A stretch of DNA of 64,000 nucleotides, taken from the NCBI GenBank assembly GCA_000708835.1, contig DF237019.1:1-64000 (forward strand). Direction: 5' to 3'. Position numbers and translations under genes: made by a program. Below the pieces are notes generated by a model. It did no database searches, was not told the DNA's origin, and saw only the letters and a list, made by a program, of their open reading frames with translations. The first letter of the stretch is position 1, and the number at the start of each line of letters is the position of its first letter. This DNA comes from Klebsormidium nitens (lineage: Eukaryota > Plantae > Klebsormidiophyceae). Shown piece after piece: positions 49,101 to 61,947 of this stretch.

Positions 49101-49663
49101 CACAACCAGACATCCACTCTTTTATTTGTGCTTTTTTTAATGCTGAAACCGGGATAATCGGTTGCAAAGGTCTTCAATCTGTGGTGTTGCAGCCTAGGGG
49201 TGTGTCCTGGTTCGCTTCTTCATATCTGTATTGGAATCTGTACAAGGGAGATAATGTGGGACGCAGCTTGAGTCACGGTTGAGGGGACCCAAATTCGAAA
49301 AGGGCTAATCCGCCTTTCTGAAGCCCGCTCCTCTGTTCAGCCCGCCATCGTGACCTTCTCACATCTTTCACTTGCGCTCTAGTTGGAGTACCAACTTGAC
49401 ATAAGGATACTTAAGCAGCATGGTGACTCCAGTCGATCAGCTCTTGACATACTAGCTGTCTTCGATGGGGCTCTTGCTCTTGGGCTCAATGCATCATAAG
49501 AAAAGCAATCAGAACCCAGACACCTTCTTAATAAAAGCGATGTCACAGACTTAATGGTCCAGACACAAACGCAGAAAACATGTAAAGCAAACGACTCACC
49601 AACTGAGCCATTCTCGAGTTTCGTGAAATCCGTCTCAGGGGGCGGGGGCGCAGGGCTCGCCAT
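37130..49663 (-). CDS. Na+(K+)/H+ antiporter of the NHA/SLC9B (CPA2) type; ~12 exons
   Basis: Exons approx. 49663-49594, 48978-48900, 47975-47930, 47384-47276, 46057-45850, 44717-44428, 43134-43053, 42310-42163, 41140-41054, 40161-39955, 38899-38562, 37363-37130. Motifs ILLRAG, GVAPAIVVP, GYGVEKGIP..AAIDDCLA (DD motif), PLLFGVIG and ERLFLALAWLPKATVQAA. Confidence 0.9.
37400..38500 (-). repeat. last NHA intron, made mostly of donor-side (3) and acceptor-side (4) boundary copies
   Basis: GCTTACCGTCTCCGCA at 38556 (exon), 38385 and 38196. GCATGCTCACC-like anchors at 37345 (exon), ~37546, 37698, 37869 and 38035. Confidence 0.9.
38950..39420 (-). repeat. three acceptor-side copies of NHA exon 38899-38562
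   Basis: GGGGCTGCTTG and CAGGGCGCGGCC..GGTTAAGGA blocks recur at ~39055, ~39215 and ~39362. Confidence 0.85.
40200..40880 (-). repeat. about six acceptor-side copies of NHA exon 40161-39955
   Basis: GCTTCC..AGGCTCTCGAACTAG.GG recurs at ~40241, 40333, 40498, 40586, 40668 and 40858; spacings ~82-92 bp or roughly double. Confidence 0.85.
43600..44400 (-). repeat. five donor-side copies of NHA exon 44717-44428
   Basis: CAACAATCGCCGGCGCCACGCCCGC-like anchor at 44451 (exon), 44273, 44107, 43973, 43790 and 43624. Confidence 0.9.
47015..47214. mobile_element. 200-bp intronic element with ~35-bp terminal inverted repeats (MITE-like / hairpin)
   Basis: Left arm TGCAGTTCGGTCAAACCTGGCCGCCTGACCCAAGT (47015-47049) matches the reverse complement of 47181-47214 with 1 mismatch and 1 indel. 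No clear TSD. Confidence 0.6.
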
Positions 49664-52634
49664 TCCTTGAGGGCTGTATCTTCGTCCTGGGTTGTCTAAC
49701 CCCGCTGAATTTGGCTAACCACCCTGGGTTAAGCAAATTGTGCAAGGCTGCACCTGATGGGTAGAGAAAGAGGCACTTGAATGCAGGCCAGATTGATTTC
49801 CGTGTCCCACAGAAACGGCATTGTATTGACACAGAAGCGCCTTGTCAGGGAAGGGTTTGCCTGGGTCAATGAGAGGATCCTTTGCATCAATTCAGGCAAG
49901 GTTTCGTCGCCACCAAAGGCACATGGTATCAATGAGGGGGGTTGCAAGTTGTAGCTGGTTCAGTCCAATTTTGCAACCTTGGATTGCCACAAAGCCTTGG
50001 TAAACAGCCAAAGTACTCAAACAGAGTTATCCTGCGCAATCATCTGCAACATCTTTGAGTTTCTAAAGCCAGTGGTTAGCGCCCCTCTACGAATAATTGC
50101 CTGAACAAGCAAGCTCTGATATAGGTCACACAATAAGCTGCTAGACGTAGAGGCAGTCGGAAGAGCTACGTAGAGGGAAAACCAACAAGACAAGGTCTAT
50201 CACCCCCCGCACTCAACGAGAACGGCACTTCGAGCAACTCGCGACGCGTCACAAAACTGAGCACAATGTAGCACGACCCCACAAGTTGTGTTGGAACAAA
50301 CTTTTCACATTGACTGACAACAGGACACATGTTCTGGGTAGCGCCTCTTTGGAGTGAGCTCACTGCATCTCCGCTGATCAAAATCTAAGAGACGGGGATA
50401 AGATGAACTCCTCAACCAGCTTGAAAGCTCCCCACAACCAGCTTGAAAGCTCCCCATTGCTTATGCCCCACTCACAACAAGAGAATTGGCCTCGCTAATT
50501 AGTGTCAGAAACCAGGCAGCGAGAATGAGTGCTGATGAGTCACACCAGGGCAGTCTTAAGCTCTTGCTCTTTCTCAAAAGTTCCACAGATTCCACTCCAA
50601 TACATTCCGCATCTGCCTTGGTCCATACGGACAATCACTCGGTATTCTACCTCCCAGGGAATTGAGCGACCAGTTTCATTGGCTAAGTAGACAACTTTGG
50701 GCAGACTCAGAAGTCCCCCAGCTGCAGTCCATTCCAGCAGACTTATGACTGGGTTAAGCATAGCGGGGTGAGCCCAGATCAAGCAATTGCCTATCGTCTA
50801 ACCAAGGGGCTAAACCCAAGCTGACTCAACTGCACTTTTCGAACCCTCAGCACATCTTTGCAAGCTTCAAGCCCTTTGCTCTTCTTAAGGTGCAGGCCAG
50901 TGACAAATCGGAGTGAGGCGCTTTTCCCCGCCTTTGATTAGCTGGATTCGGGTGTTGCCCTTCTCAAAAAGCTCGGTTCTCAGAATGCAGTGCCTCACTT
51001 TCGTCTTCCAGATCATTCTCCACATACCAAGCCCCAACAGAGAATACAAATGCCCACACTTTTTGGTAACGAAAAGCTGCCATCTATTGCGGCACTGCAA
51101 TCACATGCCTTATTGCTGCCTGATGCATGGCTGCATCGCTTTGTCACCTTGGACTCCTTTAGTTTGTCATGGCCTGACAATGTCAATCTTTGCACTCCAA
51201 CTCTGTACAGATAGAAAAGATACGTCCCTAAGGCAAATCAACGAGGAGAAAGCTCAGAGAAGAGGAAGAATTTGCCAAGCTCAGGTTGAGAAGAGCACTC
51301 ACCCGCAGCTCAAAACTAGATCACTGGACTCTCCGATGCCGCGCTCCCAATGCCGCGCTTCCAAAAAGCCGCCAACTGCCCGAACTCAGCTTCCGCCCCC
51401 TCAGACGATTATTGATTCATCCGCTGATCAAACGTCGTCTTCTTTTCTCCGAGAAGACTCGGTTCACTGCCTCTTTCTTTGAAGCCGAGCACTCTGTTTC
51501 TGCTGATAACAAAAATTTGGGGTGCTTCTGTGTCACTGATTGGACCACACATGCAGTGCTCAGCACGGAACAGAAGCCTTTAAAAGGCAACTCGTTGAAT
51601 CAAAAACGCACCGAGATTCTGAGGACTTGGAAAAATCCAAGCAAGAGTATCACTGCCAGGCTCCAGCAAGAATCAATCAAAGACACTCAAAACGACATTT
51701 CGACATCCGCCTGTGTGCTCACACACTGACAGAATCTCTGCAAACTTTCCCAAGCTAGAATTACTCGTCTAAACCCACAACCGGGGCAGTATCAAGCAAG
51801 TAAATGCCACGCTGTCGCCCTAAAATCAGCTCGTCAAGGGTTTTTGATATCCCGGGTACAGTCTGATTCGGGTAGGCATACTGTTATTAGTTGCCCGCCC
51901 CGCAAGCTACCTAGGTATGTCAAAGACGGGCCGCGTACTGTTTGGGTACACCTTCCAATGATCTTTCTGTGTGTGTGCAATACCGGTATACAAAAAAAAG
52001 CTGTAAAAATCAACCCGGTTCCTCCTTTCAGCATCCGGATTCCGGAACGAGCCCGATCGCCGCATATCTTCTTGGTCGTACGAAACTCCCTTCTTATTGG
52101 CCGAAAGCGACTCGACCTGACAAAAGTATCAGCCCCACAACCATGTGCGTCACGTGGACACCCTGTCCTGAATGATTGAGCTAGGGTGCAACTCGTTGAA
52201 CGGCGGCGGCTGTCCGAGTCCCGACACGTCCGTAAATGCAAAGGATCCCTCGATCCCTGACACACAACGTGCTCCATGCTCTGAATCGAGTCTGCAGATG
52301 ATCAGTAGTAGGAATAAACATCGGACAGCTGCAATGATACTCTACCAAATCCTGGGAGTTTCACTTGGCAATGCTATGGACACTTCTCTTATAGCCCGTT
52401 CATATCAAAAGGTGATCAAAAGCATGGGCCGGTGTGCAGCTATTGCAGATACTTATGGATCAGTTGAACCGCCATTCATCACAGTATGGTCGCGGGGAAT
52501 GCGAAAATAAGCGAGGGCCCCAGCAGCCTGGTTTCGCCAGCAGGAACTGAGTTCATTGTTGAAAAGTGTACGCAGGGAAATAGATTTAGACCCTTGCTTT
52601 ATCAGGGCCGATGCCTGCATGAGACTGAGCGTGC

Positions 52635-55600
52635 TTATAGGACGAATTTGGAGAAGTCCGCTTTGTGCAACAAGTCGCCGACGGTTTTTTGGACGTCCTG
52701 CAATAGGATCAGACAACAATGCGTCAGTACGAGCAAGCTTCGCCAAGAAAAGTGAACCGGTTTGGCAAAGAACAAAGTTATTTTGTACGAGGCCGCAAGA
52801 GTTGCTATTGCGACCCAGATTCAAAAAACCCTGAGCGCCAACGACACAACGAACGACAACGCCACCATCCGATAGCGGACGGATCAATCTACACAGCGCA
52901 ACCTGGATGACCAACCGACAAACAAAAGTCACAGGTGCCCAGCTGACTTCCTAATTCCCGCTTCAAACCTCTGTGCTGGACAGCGGTTATCGCGCATGCC
53001 ACCTCTTAACCGCGATCTTTTGAAACCGTGACTTTTTCAGATTGAAATGTCGATCTCGTAGACACTGTCAATCCACGAATCTGTTTTATCTAATTTACTA
53101 TCTGACCTCCGAGTGAGCAGCGCCGAGAAGTGGAGGCTGCTAGGCTGCTCGTCTGCCTATCTGCTAACAAAAAGGGTTAGCTGACCTCTCTCGTGATGAC
53201 CCACTCTTGACCCGCCCTGTCGGGTGCGTTGAAGCTAATGTCTTCCACTACTCGTTCGATGATCTGTGAAAGGAAGAAGCGAACGGGTTATGAAACTCGT
53301 CTGGTGTGGCGATAACCTGTGTTGCTCCCAAATTTACCACAGGTCAGGGGTTGTAGGGTTTGACAATCCAGAAGAGCACTCGGAAAATTCCTGATGAAGA
53401 CTCGTCGATCCGAGCCTCTGGAACGAGGGTAAAAAGCACGCTCGGGGATACCTGCACAACTGCTTCAGCTTTCGTCCGCCGTACAAATTCTCGACTTCTT
53501 TGTGAAAAAGCGAGGACCATCGGCCCGGGGGTACCCAAATCAGAAAAGAAGCGCACAAAGGCGGGAGCTAAAGGGGAGTATTACGATACGCATTTAAAAG
53601 AAGTGGCCCAACGGCTTAGCCGAAGGGCATCCGACGACCCACCACCAAAAACTCGCATCTATGTCATCACACAGCGTCAGAAGTGCGAGCCTAGACCTGA
53701 ATCTCCAAGGTTCTCCCCTTCTCATTCAGGTCACTGGGGCTTATGTCGCACGGAGAACCATCAGACCGGGGGCTTCAAGCATCCAGGCTTTCGAGCCTTT
53801 TCGATTCTCAAATGCCAAACAGCACTTTGAATTTTCAATTGCTCAACCGATTTAACCAAAATCATCATCAGAGCGAGCCGATCAATGGCTTGAAACTCTG
53901 ACGCCCGTCGAAAAGAGGAGCTTGACGTAATCCTGTACATGCAACGGCTGCAGAAATGAAGTCGGTATGACTCGAGGGACACATCGTAACCAGAAACGCA
54001 ATTACCTTTACGGGTAGAAAGAAGTAACAAGGCACTTTAAGAGAGGATGACAGAGAGACGGGAAAGATTGACAAGGCCAAGAAGTGCAAGAAACAAAAGA
54101 AGGGCGTAGTAATAATGCAGAAAGAGCAGAAAAACGCAGAAAAGAAACGCTATACGACTGGGCTCGGATTTGCAATCGCCGGCTGCCAACATTGGTGAGC
54201 AGGAAAGCCAGCACACTGCAATAGACGCAATCTCGTCGAAGGCTTGCCCGCAAGGAGAAAAGCGCCCCATAAGCCACAGGTTAAAAGCCCTAGGTGTGAT
54301 GTCGGACTTACTGTGTGCAGCGGCCGCGCGTCGAAATTGTCGAGCGAGCGGTTAACCTCCGTTGCGACAGTCGCAATCTCGTTGATGGCGTCTTGCTCAA
54401 ACCTCGAGATACAGACCTCGAAACTCAAACCCCAGATCCCAAACCTCAAATCCCAAACCCCAGAACCCAAAAACCGGACCCCGAACCCCGGGTCCCAAGT
54501 TTCACATGCCCTGATGTCCTATACAACGGCGCGCGTGCTGCTGTCGCTAAAGGCGCCGCCGTCGCCGCCAAACGATAGGTAGCGTCCATTGGGGTCGCGC
54601 CGTAGCGTGCTGCCTGCGCCGCCGGCAAGGACGTAGCACATCGAGAACTGGTCATGCACCAGCGGGTTGCTCATCAACTCACCGTGTGCAGCCGCCGCGC
54701 GCCAATGTTGTCGAGCGATTTGTTGACCTCCGCCGCGACGGTCGCGATCTCGTCGATGGCGTCCTCCGAAAACGTCAGCGTGATGTCTTCCGTGGCCATG
54801 AGCATTTGCTGCTGCTTCACCATGTTCGCTTCTGGTTCCGTCAGGATGCGGTACAGGTCCTACGGAAACGGAATCGAAATACTATCAGTTACAGGAGCGC
54901 CAGCGTGATGTCTTCCGTGGCCATGAGCATCTGCTGCTGCTTCACCATGTTCGCTTCCGGTTCCGTCAGGATGCGGTACAGGTCCTGCGGAAACGGATCA
55001 GAACCGGTGTTTACATCGTGAGCGTGATGTCATCTGCTGCTGCTGCTTCACCATGTTCGCTTGCGGTTCCGTCAGGATGCGGTACAGGTCCTGGCGAAAC
55101 GGGACGGAGTAACATTCACTCTTGAAAATTCAAAACAACAAAAACTCCAAAACCCAAACCCGTGCTGCTGCTTCCTAAACTCGCTCGGACAGCGCGTTAC
55201 CAAGTTTCTGAAAAAGGGTCAACACCCATTAAGCAGTCGGCCCTAGAATCCAAACCTTCAATCACCAACATAACCGAGTACTCTGGAACCCTAAAATTCA
55301 AAATCCTAAACCTCAGGACTCACATCTCGCGTGAGACCCTTGAGCTCGACTCGGATTGGTAGCCTGCCTTGTAGCTCCGCCAGCATGTCGCTCGGCTTGC
55401 ACGAGTGGAACGCGCCGCTACACACAAACAGAATGTGGTCCGTGCTCACGTTCCCGTACTTGGTCGCCACCACGCTGCGAGAAATTGAGAAAGGTTCAGT
55501 TCTACGAATAACATGCTATATGTATGACATATCAACCTTGGGGACTGGTGGGCTTGGCCTGTGAATCAAGGTGGGTTTCGATGCAGAGTGCGTGGAAAAA

Positions 55601-58600
55601 GATTCTCAGTCTGTCTTTGCCTGGTCAAATGACCGGAGTCGATAGAAGAGAGGGGAGAATGTCGATCAGATATAAAAGGTTAGTGTGGCTAGCAGATAAG
55701 TACGGGCAGAGATGGTGGGCTTCTATTGAACTTTGGACCTTTTACTTGGTCGCCGGGAGACTCCGCAAGAAAAAGGCAAAGAGAGGGGACGGTATCTATA
55801 GGCTACAGACAAGTATGGGCTCTTGGGCTTGTATTGAGAATCACACGAATTGCCTTGTCTCCAGGAGACTTCGCTTGGAACAGGCATGACGAGGGGAGGT
55901 ATCCACAGGCTACGAAAAGTGCAATCTGATTACATGGAAGACAACGTCCCTGCTCCTTTGTCATCTGCAGTAAAAGAAGGGAGAGACGCTGAGTCTTCCC
56001 ACCAGATCAAACCCATCTATCCCACGTACGGGTGGGCTCCCCTCTTCGCTGCATGTGTTCGAAGACGGAGAAGCTCCGCCCTTCACATGCCCTCAATGAT
56101 GGGCAGCTACTCTCGGTTGGAAATAGGTGGACTTCAACGAAGCCCCCCCAAAGAAGCATAACGCTCAAGAAAGATCTTGATGAGCCAAGACTATGATAAG
56201 CTCCAATAAACACAAGAAATCCTAACCCAAAAGGATACCTGCTCCGCACCCATTCCCACCCTAACCACCAAAGTAACCATACCCGTCCCAGTGCGGGTAC
56301 CTTATTACTATCTCGGCTTATTGTCATTATCTTTGAGTTCAATCAAAGAAGCTCCCCCTCTCACCTGCCCTCGATAATTGGCAACAAGTCCCGTTGCACC
56401 CCCTCCGAACTCGCATCCGCCCCGTATCTCGTGTCACTGCTGATCACGATCTTGTCGATCTCGTCAATGAACACGATGCCGTCCGCCTCCGCGGATTGGA
56501 CCGCGTCCTTCGTGATCTGGTCCGAATTTAGGTGCTTCTCTAGTTCCACCTCCTGGAGGGCGGTCCGCGCGTCGGCCACCGTCATGCGCTGCTTCTCCTT
56601 GTTCGACTTGAACATCTTGTCCACCTGTAGATGTATTTAACATTTATTTTTTTAAAACATAAAATTACATGTGTTCGTCCTTACCCATCCGCAGGTGATT
56701 TGCTTTGGTCCGGGCGTCCGCCACCGTCATGCGCTGCTTCTCCTTGTTCGACTTGAACATCTTGTCCACCTGTAAATGCGATAGGCAAAGGTATAATTAT
56801 CTCGTCATTTTTATTTACAAGCAAACATTTCTTTGAGTCTGACGGTCCTCGCGTCGGCCACCGTCATGCGCTACTTCTCCTGTTCGAATTGAACGTCGTG
56901 TAAATCTGTAGATGAACTGACATTGATTTTTGGGAATCGTAGTAATTAACAATAGTTGCTTCTTACACCATCCTCCCGTGCTTTGCTTTGTCCAATGATC
57001 CGCGCATCAGTCATCGTGATGCGCTGCTTCTCCTTGTTCAATTTAAACAGCGTGTTCCACCTAAACATGAGCATTGGAAATGACGTGGTTTTGATATAAG
57101 CCGGGGTCACCTACTTTTCTTACAATTTTCTGCACACTGTGCCAGATTTGCACTATTCGACGCGGCTTCTCAGTAGTGTACTCTTCATCAGAGGAGGAAA
57201 GAAGAAGTAAAAGAAGGAAAAAAGAGCATACAGAAGCCTGGAAAGTTGGAAGTAACCTACGGCTCACAGCTCAAACTGGCGCAGTAAGAAGAACGTCGTC
57301 CTTCTAATCATATAATCGATCAAGAGATTTCTTAAACAAGGCTCAACTTGTAAGATGCTTGCAATCTCGTTCTCTCGCACTCAAACTTTTCTCCTTTGCA
57401 ATTGAACCCGCTCCAAAAGCACCTCAAATTTCACCTACAAAATATTAGCGGGATACCCAATACATACAATTCAAGACTCAAAACTACCAGCAGCCTTGTA
57501 GCTTCAAGAGGCCCCGCTCAAATCAAATCATCCTTGCTCACCCTGACTATTAAATCGTGCAGCATGATTGGCTGGAGGCCCCCGGCCCCAGCATTGTCCA
57601 GAGCCATCCGCATCCCCCCTGCGGGAAGGTTGATGTCCACGGTCTTGTTTTCCATCTTCCCTGCCCGCAACAAGGCCCGTATCCTGCAGAACAAAACGCC
57701 GTTGCTTCGTCGTAATGGAAGTTCTTAGTTCAAGGTTCTCGGTAGGAACGCTTCCGAAAGCAACCCGTAGTAATCCGCCTCAAAGACCGATGTATATGGA
57801 GGATAGCAGCGAATGGCTGCGCGGAGGTCAGGATATTTGTCGCGGACAATCCAAGAGAACAAGCTCTGAGGGAGAGGGCATGTGGAGCGGTCGAGGTGTC
57901 CTTACAAGCAGCTCTAAAAATCAGAAGCGACCATTCCGACCGGCTCGCTAGAGGTAGAGGAGAGAAGGGTCTGAGAATCTGCTATTGTACGGCAATCTCG
58001 ATATTTTTCGTGAGAGAAATTGCTCAGAAATTGCTCGCAACCTCAGCCTTCATTGCCGCCACGACTGAGTTCCTGAACAGTCTCGGGACCCGAACACCCT
58101 GAAGTTATGTGATACATTTTCTTCAATACATGGTGCGAAATCATCTCCCTGACGTTCGAGTGTAACAGCGAAGATGCGCAGCGCCAGGGGTACTACGACA
58201 TGCCGAAGACGCAGTAATCTGAAAACGCATCGAACTTACGTGTCCCGCGTTCGCCGATCGTCTGCCGCGTCCCCGACCTTCTCGCCCACTAACAGGTCAA
58301 GCAGCTTCTCCTCCACGCCCGCCTCTACCTCCGACAGAATCCGTTGCCGTACCTGGCACACCCAAAACGGAACGGAACTGAAATTGGCGCTTCTTCAGAT
58401 AGGAAATACAGGTTCTGAACCTTCATGAGTTCATGCAACCGCTTCCGAGCATGATTGATTCGCTCTTTGTTGCATTCCAAGGGTTTTCCCACCTCGGACA
58501 ACTTCCGTTGGCGTTTCTAGCACCCCCAAACGGAACCGAACTTGCTTGGACGCTCCTTCAAACTTAGCAGTTATTTGACTGTAAGTGTTCCAGGGTCTTC

Positions 58601-61600
58601 CGCATTTCCAGCTTCCAGTGGTACACAACAAGCATGACCCTCTCTGGCACCCGCTTCAAGACCTCGTAGCTTCTTATACGGTACTGCAAAGGCGCGCTTT
58701 TCCCCTGTGAAAAGGCAATGCGATATCGTGAACTGCTTGAACGCTTTTCTCTCAGTCCCAAATACCTGTTCATGAAGTGAGCGGCGAGGAGCGACCGGAG
58801 ATCTGGTCCCGGATGACTCGACGGTAGGAAAACTGTGGAGACCTCTGGTCATGCCTTTGTAATCACGAAGCCTCAATTGGATGGTGCAATAAGTTGGAAC
58901 GAACCTTTTGCTTCTGCAGCGTGATTGCCGCCTCTACCAAGTCCCGGATGATCTGATCGACGTCCCGCCCATGGAAACCAACCTCCGTGAACTTCGTCGC
59001 CTCTACCTGTAGAAGAAAGAGGGCAAGACCAACATTAGCCCCGTAGCCATTGGCACATTTACTACCAACGAGCTGCTTGCGTGAGGAATTGCCGGTGGGT
59101 TTGAATGATGCTCAGGCCGTTGCTCTCGAATAACCTCACAATATAGTCCTTATTTGCCAGCTGGCGAGTCTATCCTTCTGCCACCAATACTTTCGGAGGC
59201 TGCACCAAAGGCATGCCTTTTAACGGCTACAAGCAACGAGACCGTTCTTCGAAGCCCGGGAGGAGGTCAACACAAAGACTTGCGCGTCTTGAAACTGGCT
59301 ACCCACCTCGTATCCCCCGGTCCATTCAATTTATGCGGTGCAAAAGGCCCACAGATCTGAACAGCAGGATCCGCCTGTGCGTTCACCTCCTCAACAACAA
59401 GCGCATGCGCCACCCCGCTTCTCCAACTTTTCGAACCCGAAATCCTTGACGAACTGTGTCCAAGTTCCTACAGATGTCTTAGACGCAAATGCTCCAACGC
59501 TTGATGGATTACAATTCCCATGGGAATTTGCACACACGCACGGAATCACCTTGACAAACGGCGCATCCGCCAGCTTGGCCAGCCGCTGCGCGATCCCCTC
59601 CTCAATCTTCCCCATTCCAGATACTGATGTAGTTTCAATCCGAGTCCAAATTCCTACAGTACTTCGTCAGAATTCACAAACTCGAAACCTCGTCCTATTC
59701 AGACCGCATGCGCAGACCCACCTTCACAAACGGCGCGTCCGCCAGTTTTGCCAGCCGCCGCGCGATCTCCGTCTTCCCGCACCCCGTCGGCCCGATCATG
59801 AGAATGTTCTTCGGCACAATCTCCTCCTTCATGGGGCTCGGGATCTTGTGCCGCCGCCACCGGTTCCGAAGCGCCACCGCGACCGCCCGCTTCGCGTCCG
59901 CTTGCCCCACGATGAAACGGTCTAGCGCATCGACCACTTGGCGGGGGGTCATGTCCGTGCCCAAGCTTTCGTCTGCATCAGGGGGGGAAGACAGAACATG
60001 AAAATTGCGCAGGTGCTGTTTGTTTTAGCCTTAAGAGATTCGAGAAAGCTCGAAATTCTGAGAACTCTACCGTACTTTGTTCAACTTGGTCTAGAGGATT
60101 TGCAGTGGTACTAAAAACCGCCCAGTTTGCGTTCGCTTGCCCCACGATGAAACAATCGAGCGCGTCGACCACCTGGCGGGGGGGTCATATCCGTTCCCAA
60201 GCTTTTGTCTGCACAAGGGGGTTGGAGAGGTACTGAAAGCGACTTGGTAGTTCACACTTGGTAACAAGGATTCAGAACTGACTGCATAATTCCTTGTGGG
60301 CCGCCTGCTCGATGCGGTCCCGCGTTTCAAGCACCTAGCGGGGTGTCATGTCCGTGCCCTAACCTCTCGCCTGCACAAGGGGGGTCGGGCAAAGCTTGAT
60401 CGGTTCTGCAGCTGTGAGCCTGGTTTCAAGGACTTAACCAATATTCGATGTTGCCTCGTGTGTCGACCAGCCAACAGGGCATCCTATGCCAGAGACGTCA
60501 GTATCCAGAATAAACCTCACCATCTGTAGAACCGCACACGAAGTGTGTACATAGACTTTTCAAATGACACGAGAGTTTACCACTGTGACTGTCTACTTCA
60601 AAAGCTGGGTTCATGAGCGAACAGTATGCTTCAGCAGCCAATCTTTGCACCTTTGCTTTCCATCTCCCCCATGTTTCCTTTTTCGTCCCTCCTTGACAAG
60701 CTGTCGTCCTTTTGCACTCCTTCTCCCTTCCTTGGGTTCACTTCCTCTTCCTTAAGCCAAGCCAACCAACTTTTCGTACCTTCCTCTCCTCTGTTCCTCT
60801 CTCTTTCTTCCTAGACCATGGTGACAGCATTGACGCACCTGAGGTAGAGGCTTCTGCAATTATTGGAGCTGGGGGAGCGGATGAGGTGACTGCGACAGCG
60901 GAGGCCTCACCTCCTCCGGACACCCTGCGTGCGAGCAAGGATGACAAACATAATCAGGCGCAAAAACTCATGTATTTCGTAGTTGAACCTTTTGCTCAAA
61001 ACAGGTGTTCTTTGCGGGGTAATCTGCTACCTTGGAACTCCGCAGACTTTCAAGCATACTCTTGTAATTGCTTCTCACACAGATCTTGCACTATGGAACA
61101 ACTCGAAAGATCTGCCTCACTTTGCGGTGCAATCTTGCTCCTCATGTTACTTGGCGCGGATTTGGCTCGCACACAAACCCAGAACTTCTTGCGCAATGGA
61201 CTCAGAACCAGACAAACCAGTCACAGTACTACCGTGACTGACTCCAGCTTTCAGCGCTTTCAAATCACTGTTGATTCTTCACTGTTGATTCTTAATGGAA
61301 AGTGATTTAATTTCAGACCGCTATCAAGGTGAAACATATGACTCAAAGTAAAGTCATGACCTTCCAAACACCCACCACTTTGTCGGTTTCCACACTGGCT
61401 GTCTCAATAGATTGATGTTTGGTGGTGCTCCACACAAGAATATGTCAGATTAGAAAACTAAGGATTACAGCATTCGCATCAAGCGATCAGAGTCTTCTAA
61501 TCAGAGAATCTGCCAATCACGAATCGTCAACCACCAACACAACCAGATATCCACCTACCCATCCTGGGAGCAAGATGTTGTAAAGAATCCCCGCTCGCAA

Positions 61601-61947
61601 GCGACCGCCCCAACAGGATATATCCGCAGCAGGCTCGAAACCCTATGCCCCGCCAGCTTGTGAAATACTAGACCTCTGGGTAGGAGCTCTGTCCGGAACA
61701 CCGCAGGAGATGTTGCGACCGACTTTGCACTTGGACGTTCTGAGGCAGGGGCTTCTCTCGACCATAGGTGTCCTTCAGAATACGACGTCGACACTTCAGG
61801 CTGGCAGCAAGATGAGGAAGGACCCTCCTTGCTACCAGCAAATGCTGATGCTGCTGTGGTACGATTGATCCCTATGACCGCATCACGACACGACGACCAT
61901 TTCAGCATGGAGGCCGCCTTAGGGCGTACTGCCGCCATCGCACCCAT
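52635..61947 (-). CDS. hslU: ATP-dependent protease ATPase subunit HslU (ClpY), probably mitochondrial; ~11 exons
   Basis: [31 protein letters not shown] (Walker A), [21 protein letters not shown] (Walker B), [52 protein letters not shown], and terminal exon [20 protein letters not shown] (52697-52635). N-terminal Ser/Arg/Ala-rich extension in exons 61947-61559 and ~60925-60840. Confidence 0.93.
54160..55100 (-). repeat. boundary copies around HslU exon 54859-54683 (2 acceptor-side, 2 donor-side)
   Basis: GGTACAGGTCC at 54850 (exon), 54975 and 55081. Donor-side copies at ~54305-54420 ([30 protein letters not shown]|gtaagt) and ~54170-54250. Confidence 0.9.
56690..57065 (-). repeat. three acceptor-side copies of the HslU exon starting [16 protein letters not shown]
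   Basis: GCGCTRCTTCTCC anchor at 56586 (exon), 56731, 56868 and 57021; period 137-153 bp. Confidence 0.9.
59390..60380 (-). repeat. boundary copies around HslU exon 59972-59722 (donor-side ~59395-59610; acceptor-side ~60110-60215 and ~60290-60375)
   Basis: Copies translate as [15 protein letters not shown]|gtgatt and [20 protein letters not shown]. Confidence 0.85.

Noticed and set aside
50413-50456. Perfect 22-bp tandem duplication
   Set aside because: Isolated two-copy slippage event with no further structure.
56361-56375. Apparent GC donor after HslU ...PIIEG
   Set aside because: A canonical AG|GTGAGA donor a few bases later gives the correct phase ([10 protein letters not shown]).
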